A stretch of DNA of 53,765 bases, the filler included, from Sphacelaria rigidula (taxonomy: Eukaryota): the NCBI GenBank assembly GCA_964200075.2. It is 3 parts of 3 records of this genome, joined end to end, with 100 filler letters (N's around TTAATTAATTAA, not from the genome) between each part and the next. Parts side by side here need not be neighbours in the genome. Positions count along the whole stretch, not along the records: positions 35,916 to 53,765 come from CAXNAA020000981.1; 2 more parts are not named here. One strand, written 5' to 3'. The notes under the pieces are model-generated. The model was not told the origin of the DNA. It was given only the letters and a program-made list of their open reading frames with translations, and searched no databases. The position numbers were made by a program, and so were the translations under genes. How positions within the stretch are numbered: the stretch's first letter is position 1; each line of letters begins with the position of its first letter. This document shows, one piece after another, positions 47,690-53,765 of the stretch.

Positions 47690-50600
47690 GTATGTACTGC
47701 AGTAGATTTACTTTGCGGTTGCTGTTTTGTTAGTATTGGGGAAGAATGAGGTCTCCTGCCGCTTGGGCAGGTGCCCTCACGGCTGAGAGGACCCTCGTGT
47801 TCACATGCTGACTTTGGGTCAGCTTGATAACACGAGACTCAACCTTCGCGCGCCCATCTTTAGGGCGGGTGAGATGGCCAAAATCCCCAATCGTACTTGT
47901 GTTTTAGTTCATTCAGCGCAAGGAATTTCGCCTTCCTTGTTGGCCCTCAATGCTGTGCGTACTTTCGGAGACAGGCAGTACGCTAGAAACGCTCTTTCAG
48001 TTATTTTCCCTAACCTGACGCCGGCGTTCAGAATGAAAACCGCAATATCTGCTATCTGCCCAGTGGAAAGTACTGCAGTAGATTCCACTTTGAGCTCGCT
48101 GTTCGGTTGATATTGGGAAGGAATGAGGTCACCTGCCGTCGTTGGTGCCCTTACCCAAACTTCTCATGGCGGTAGGAGCTTCACCCAAATTTGATTGCTG
48201 TGCCATGTCTTACCTTTAGTTTGCTCGCCTTGCCCCCGTAATTGCTTCTCATGTATCCTCGCGCATACCAAAAACTCATCTGCGCATGTTTCTTCATGCT
48301 TCGTCTTTGCTAATGGTTCTGCCATTACTCCGCCCTTACTCTGGTTATGGGCTTCAACTGTCTTATTGATTCGACGCGCTGCTATTGTTTTGCGCACAAG
48401 GGCGATACAATGCTACCCGCGGTTGAGGTCCCGTCCCAGCTTATCATGGACGAGTTCAGCAACTCCCAGCCTCAACGCGTTCCCGGGTGCTGTAACGATT
48501 AAAGCTTACTTGTGACGGCAGGGCTCGTGCCCAGATCCGCGTGTAAATGCGATCCCTGAACTCATCCTACTTCTTTGTCTGCTGATGGTCCTGCGCCAAG
48601 GCATTCTGAAACAAACGTGCACTGTCTGTTTTCCTTCTCTCTTGGCACACATCTGATACTTATTGTTTCTGGTCCTGATCTAACGACCCTCGCACCTTCG
48701 CTGTGTCTCGGAACTCTCTTCGCGGGAATTTTCCCTCTTGCTTTGCGCGTACGTCGTCGTGTATTGAGGATAATTTGTGCGAATCTTTACCCAGCTCGAT
48801 TTCAGCTGCGCTTGTTGAATTTGCTTGGTTGCGTTCATCTGGCAGCCCTACTGCGTCAAGGTGTCAATGAATACGAGCGGGCACTGCTCCCACATTCTTC
48901 CTCTTGATCCGATCCAAGTTCGAGCTCCACTGGCGTTACTCTCTTACGCGATGCTACATCAATGCTATTTTCCCCTCCAGCGCCCTGGCGTTTCTAGCTG
49001 TCACCATTGTCGTAGTAACCTGCTACTGATCTCGACAGCACAATGGCCGGGCATGCGCCCTTATTTGTAGGGCACCCGTACACGCTGAACCTGTTTGGCT
49101 GCTTTCCGTCTAACTGCTGTTCTGTGTCAAAGTCGCATCTGCATACAAGTGCATACCGCACCCACATGTCTCCTCGTGACTCTGGTAGCTAACGCCCTCA
49201 CTTGTTGTGATTGCATTGCATGTTATTGCCCGTGCGCTCGTGCGGTGAGATTATGATTTATATTATTATTTCCCTTTTTATCCGAGCCCGATTATACAAA
49301 GCTGGCTTGCGTCCCGTTTTGTAAGGCGACCGTACCCATTAAGCTCGCCCTATTACTTCTGCGCATTTTTGCAAGTTCTGCGCCCAGGTAAATCTGAATA
49401 CCAGTGCGCTCTGCCTCCACATCCCTCCTCGTGACTCGACCCGAGGTTGATGCTCACGGGCGACAATGTTCGTCGCGATGCTAGTCAGCCTTATTGACGC
49501 TTAGCGCTTTGGCGCTGCGACTAGCAACCCTGTATATCGCGAAACTATCTTTTTTCATGTATGTGTAGCTGTGCATTATTGTCTTCAGCATGAACACATT
49601 TCATATAATTGTTATATTAGTATGAATACTCGCCAATTTCGTCCGCATTCAGCTCTGAGCTCCATGCTGCACACTACTTCTTCTCTAATCTCAGGTATAC
49701 AAACTCTTCACCACCAGCAATGCGTTGCACAGTACTCTCATAACTCCCACATATCGCAATTCTGATTCACCCTAATCCTAGGGTTTCAGCGCGTTCCCCT
49801 GACTACGCCGGCTGCGCTCTGGCTACGCTGCCGCTGGTTTAGCGTTTCCCTTGTATAAGCTAAATGCATCATTCCCCGCTACGTACTTCATTTCCCACCG
49901 ACGCGCTTTTACCCGCTCTTCTTCACTCTTCCCTACGTGGGCACAGATGCCTCCCTTCCGTTCCTACAAACCCAGATACCCACGTCCTCGCCCATCCCCT
50001 TCTGCTGCTCTCTCTCGCCGCAATAGGATTCCGCTGCTCTTCGGCGACCCTGCCCCTTTACGTATCCGACTGTGGCAATCGTTCAAAGGGTACGTTTTTT
50101 GCAGCGCACCTGCATAAACAATTTCCCCTTTTTTTGTTCCTCGTTCGTACCTGCCTCAAATCATTCTGTGTTAATGCACGTTGCGACATGATGCATATAT
50201 CTATTGCTCACCACATACATACATATATGCACGTCCTCCTATGCATTACCATGTCCGCAGACCGCCCCCCCTCCCCCCAGTTTTACCTTTCTTCTTGGAA
50301 TTTTTTATGCCACGCACCAAACCGGCGCTCACGCCTTTTAGATCCTTCTCTTCTTTTTTTCTTTCTTTCTTTCTTTCTTTCTTTCTTTGATTTTTTTCTT
50401 CAACTTCCTTGTTGCCTTCTTCCTCATGAACTTTGTCATGAAGTTCTACCAATCATTCCCTTATCCGCTACCTAGGGTAACATTCGCCTAGCTCAGCATA
50501 TTCGAATATATTTATATGCATGAATATTTACTGTCTCCTGCAACTCTCATCTTCAGCATACAGCATATACGCGCATCCACCCCTTGATGTTATCAACTCA

Positions 50601-51700
50601 TATTCCACTGTTTCCCCCCGCACTCTCCCTAGTTCGATTCACCTTTTCTTCACGATGCGCTACTCTCAGCGCTGCTTTTCATCACCTCATCCCCGACATT
50701 CCGATGTTGTGCCAACCGTCTCGCACACCCCTTCCCGCTGAGCCCCTTGTGCTGCTCGCGTCGCTCCTCCCACCATCGCCCTGCGCCCGTACTCCTCTTG
50801 CTTGCCGCGCTTCGCTCACTCCACTACCGCCGGCTTCCGGCAATTCGCCACCACGTATCCAACCCATATGCACCTCGCATACCGCGTCCACGAGCACGTG
50901 TCGAATCGGTGCTGGAACGGTTTGTTTGCCCTCTGGCAGGTGCGGCACACGAGGCCCGGCACCTCTGATGAGGGGCTAACGAGCTGCTCTGTCCGCTTCG
51001 GAGCATACTGCTGTGCTCTCCCCCCTCTCTCCGCCGGCGTGGCCTGCAGGCCGCCCCCTTCCTGCGGAAATGGCGCCGGCGTCGCTCCATGCGCAATCTG
51101 CCCCACCGCCGGGGAATGGCCCTTGCCTGGGTAAAACTGCGGCTGGCCCACACCTACTCTCCCATACCCTCTTCCGAATTGCCTCCCCGTGCTGTTCGGC
51201 GGCCTCTGTATCTGCTGACCCGCCTTGTCCATCGTGATTCGTTTCGCATCCTGCTTCGTTCTCGCCGAGCGTTTCTGTGTCCACGCCCTGTATGGCCGGC
51301 GGCACTAAGTCTGCCATCCAGTCCACGACCGGCGCGTGAGTTCCTCGCCTTGCGACATGACCACCCCACGCGATCCATAGCTGGAAGTGGTGGCGCTCCG
51401 CAACAAGTCCGGTTTTATTTGCTTCGCTCTGTGCCGCCTGCAACGCGTCCCTCACTTCGTCCCACATAGCGCCGTCCCTTTTCCTCAGTTGACGCAACAT
51501 CGCTCCATTTGTGTAAAAAAACTGCAAACATAGTGTAGACGCCCGCGCCGCACAACAAGTACGTAGTTTTGTTTTAGCATTCTAGTCAGGTATGCCGGCG
51601 GCCAGTTACATTCACGTCGCAAACGCAACTCATCCCTTCAGCGCGCTGACCCTGCTCTCGTCTTTCCTCTCAACCTCAGGCCACAACACGACACCATCCA
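47690..51700 (-). mobile_element. Highly decayed retroelement (gag-like zinc knuckles; probably LTR/Ty3-like); boundaries uncertain
   Basis: CRTC-x8-H-x4-C followed by the degenerate knuckle YARC-IWVG-Y-VVAN-C at ~50830-50950, after a Gly/Gln/Pro-rich stretch. Confidence 0.5.
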
Positions 51701-53765
51701 CCGCACTCTCTAGCCCCTTTCACCGAGCGCTTTACCTAGCTCCCCTTCCCACGTCCTACCCGCTGCGTGCTACCGCCTACCCTGCATAGTGCACTCTCTG
51801 AAACGCTTATAACAATGCACCTCCTGCCTGCCACACACCTCCTTGGGCGCGCATCACTCCCTGCTCGCATGTCGGTCCCGGCGAGACACTGCCACTTCTC
51901 ACACCGCCTACCCTTTGCTATATTTATACCTCTGATTCTTTCCCCTCGATCTGTTGTATTCTGCATCACCACTGCGCTGCCACTGCTCAGTTCGCCTGGG
52001 GCGTCTACTAACCATTGCTCGGATGACTCATGTCATGCGCATGTGCCACTGCTAGCACCAACTCGTTTGCTCGCGGGTTCGAACTATTGCACCTGCCCCG
52101 CGCCTGACCGCTCAATACCCAGTGCATACCCGCTTTCGAAACGACCCGCGTCACACCTGCCTTTGCAATGAGGCGTGTGAGCGCCTTATCCGCATTTTGC
52201 CCGCCACGCTGCGTTGGCTGCGGCTATTCCGCGTCCGCTCTCTAGTCGTGGCCTCCCACAGTTATGGGCGCGCCTAACCCCCCAAAATAAGCCAAAAAAG
52301 TGTCACCGACCAGAAGCACGAACAGGCCGGAGATCTCGTTCATCCCCTGATTATGCACGCCGTTAAATCCCCCCAGGTACTTGTGATTTGAGTAGGGTTT
52401 CCACTTGACGATTTCCCATTTTCGTTGTCCCGGGCTACGAACCACGGCGTCCCTAGGCTACTCACCGGCGTGTATTTGTCCAAGCTACAATCTGCAAAGA
52501 TTGTGGAACCAAAGGAGCTATGGTGATTGAGAAAATCGCAAAAAAAACATGTTTTTCCCACTTCATGTATTATGAAACCCGAATACCGATTAAATGAACA
52601 AAATTCGATTACCGAGTGTTTAGCTGCCGTCTTGGCGCAGATGTTGCAAAAAATCGCATCCCAATCGATGGCCTTGACGATGAGTAATTGGGGCAACCGT
52701 TTGGGCTACGGGCGCAAACCAGCACCTCCAACCCTCGCCGATTTTCACGACATGCGAGAACGTCACCCCTGTCCAACGGCCTCAGAATAGACTGCACCCA
52801 TGGATGACTCTTGATACTGCAGATGGTGGATACATCGCATGTGTGGAATGTTCGGCAGGTGTAGAATTTGAACCTTTGACCAAACTCCCGGAGGCTTCCG
52901 TGTGTGCGGATATTTACCCCCATCTGTGCATCGCTTGTGATGGTGGCAAGAGTAGCGCTCGTTCTCCTGCACCCGGTACCATCACCACGCCACCATCGAT
53001 AGCGTAGCTTTGTATCTCATCTCACCTGGCGGCAAGTGTGGACAAACGCTGAACTGAAGGAGAAAATAAAGCCACAGAGCATGCTAGCACAGCTCCCATG
53101 AAAAGATCCGGATTTCGGTGTTCACAATAAAATCAAGATGGATCAACTTACCCTCCCCAATGGTCAACTATACTGCGTCAAGGCGACACAGAAGACAGCA
53201 TGAAGTCGTCAGCCCACTTTTGCTGAAGCCACATGGCACCGGAGCCCCATTCATGTCTTTCAGTGCACCAACCCGTCCTAAGACACGCGTCCGTTGTATC
53301 GGCAGTGGTGGGTGACGACCGACGGTTTGTTTTCATTCCCTCTTGGAACACGATTTCCTAGGAATCCGAAGAAAATCATGCATATTCATGAAATGAAAGG
53401 GCATACCCATGGAACCACAAATACCCTTGCACAGGGCGAGTCATTCATCCGCTAAAATTGTAGAACGATGAACATGACGAGGAAGTCGACCAACATCCGC
53501 CCAGCCCACATGACACACCCGCCGACTGTACGCCACTCGTCTGTGTAAGGGCCGTCCTCGTCGTAGTTCATCAGTACATATGGTTCTGTCGCATATTGAG
53601 CTTATGATTTTGTAAAATAAATGGTTCAGCGTTCCCGTTTCAGGCGTTGGGCTAGAAATAATCATGGTGTATATTAATTAGTTGGTTTGGATGTGTACAA
53701 CAAGAATTGGATTTCAAGTAGCACTGACAGTCCCGTGGGCTCCTCGTATTAGCAGAACGTGTTTT

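Noticed and set aside
50960..50995. Hammerhead ribozyme core (CTGATGA)
   Set aside because: No correctly placed GAAA and stems; the other CTGATGA hits also fail.
52260..53765. Cys-containing short ORFs, possible transposase relic
   Set aside because: Fragmented by stops, with no diagnostic motif or terminal repeat that I could support.

Overview
Eukaryotic, intron-rich and repeat-rich genomic DNA. Exon/intron style and gene content suggest a stramenopile, probably a brown alga (inference only). The window is three pieces joined by artificial 100-bp spacers (N44-TTAATTAATTAA-N44) at 17860-17959 and 35816-35915. Two spliced genes can be rebuilt by hand. (1) A minus-strand cytosolic carboxypeptidase (M14D, CCP1/Nna1/AGTPBP1-like tubulin deglutamylase) with N-terminal armadillo-like repeats, about 402-16227. 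(2) A plus-strand casein kinase 1, about 39628-45901, whose first exon was not found. Each appears to have one GC-AG intron. The rest is mostly transposon-derived: hAT-type non-autonomous elements (one with perfect TIRs and an 8-bp TSD), MITEs, two long foldback hairpins, a tRNA-derived SINE family, a decayed LINE endonuclease, a decayed gag-like element and a ~62-bp minisatellite. The most distinctive signal is a non-LTR retroelement 3' end that terminates in oligo(C) and sits at C-runs, together with a ~390-bp SINE-like element that shares this 3' end. No prokaryotic system (CRISPR, operon) is supported.
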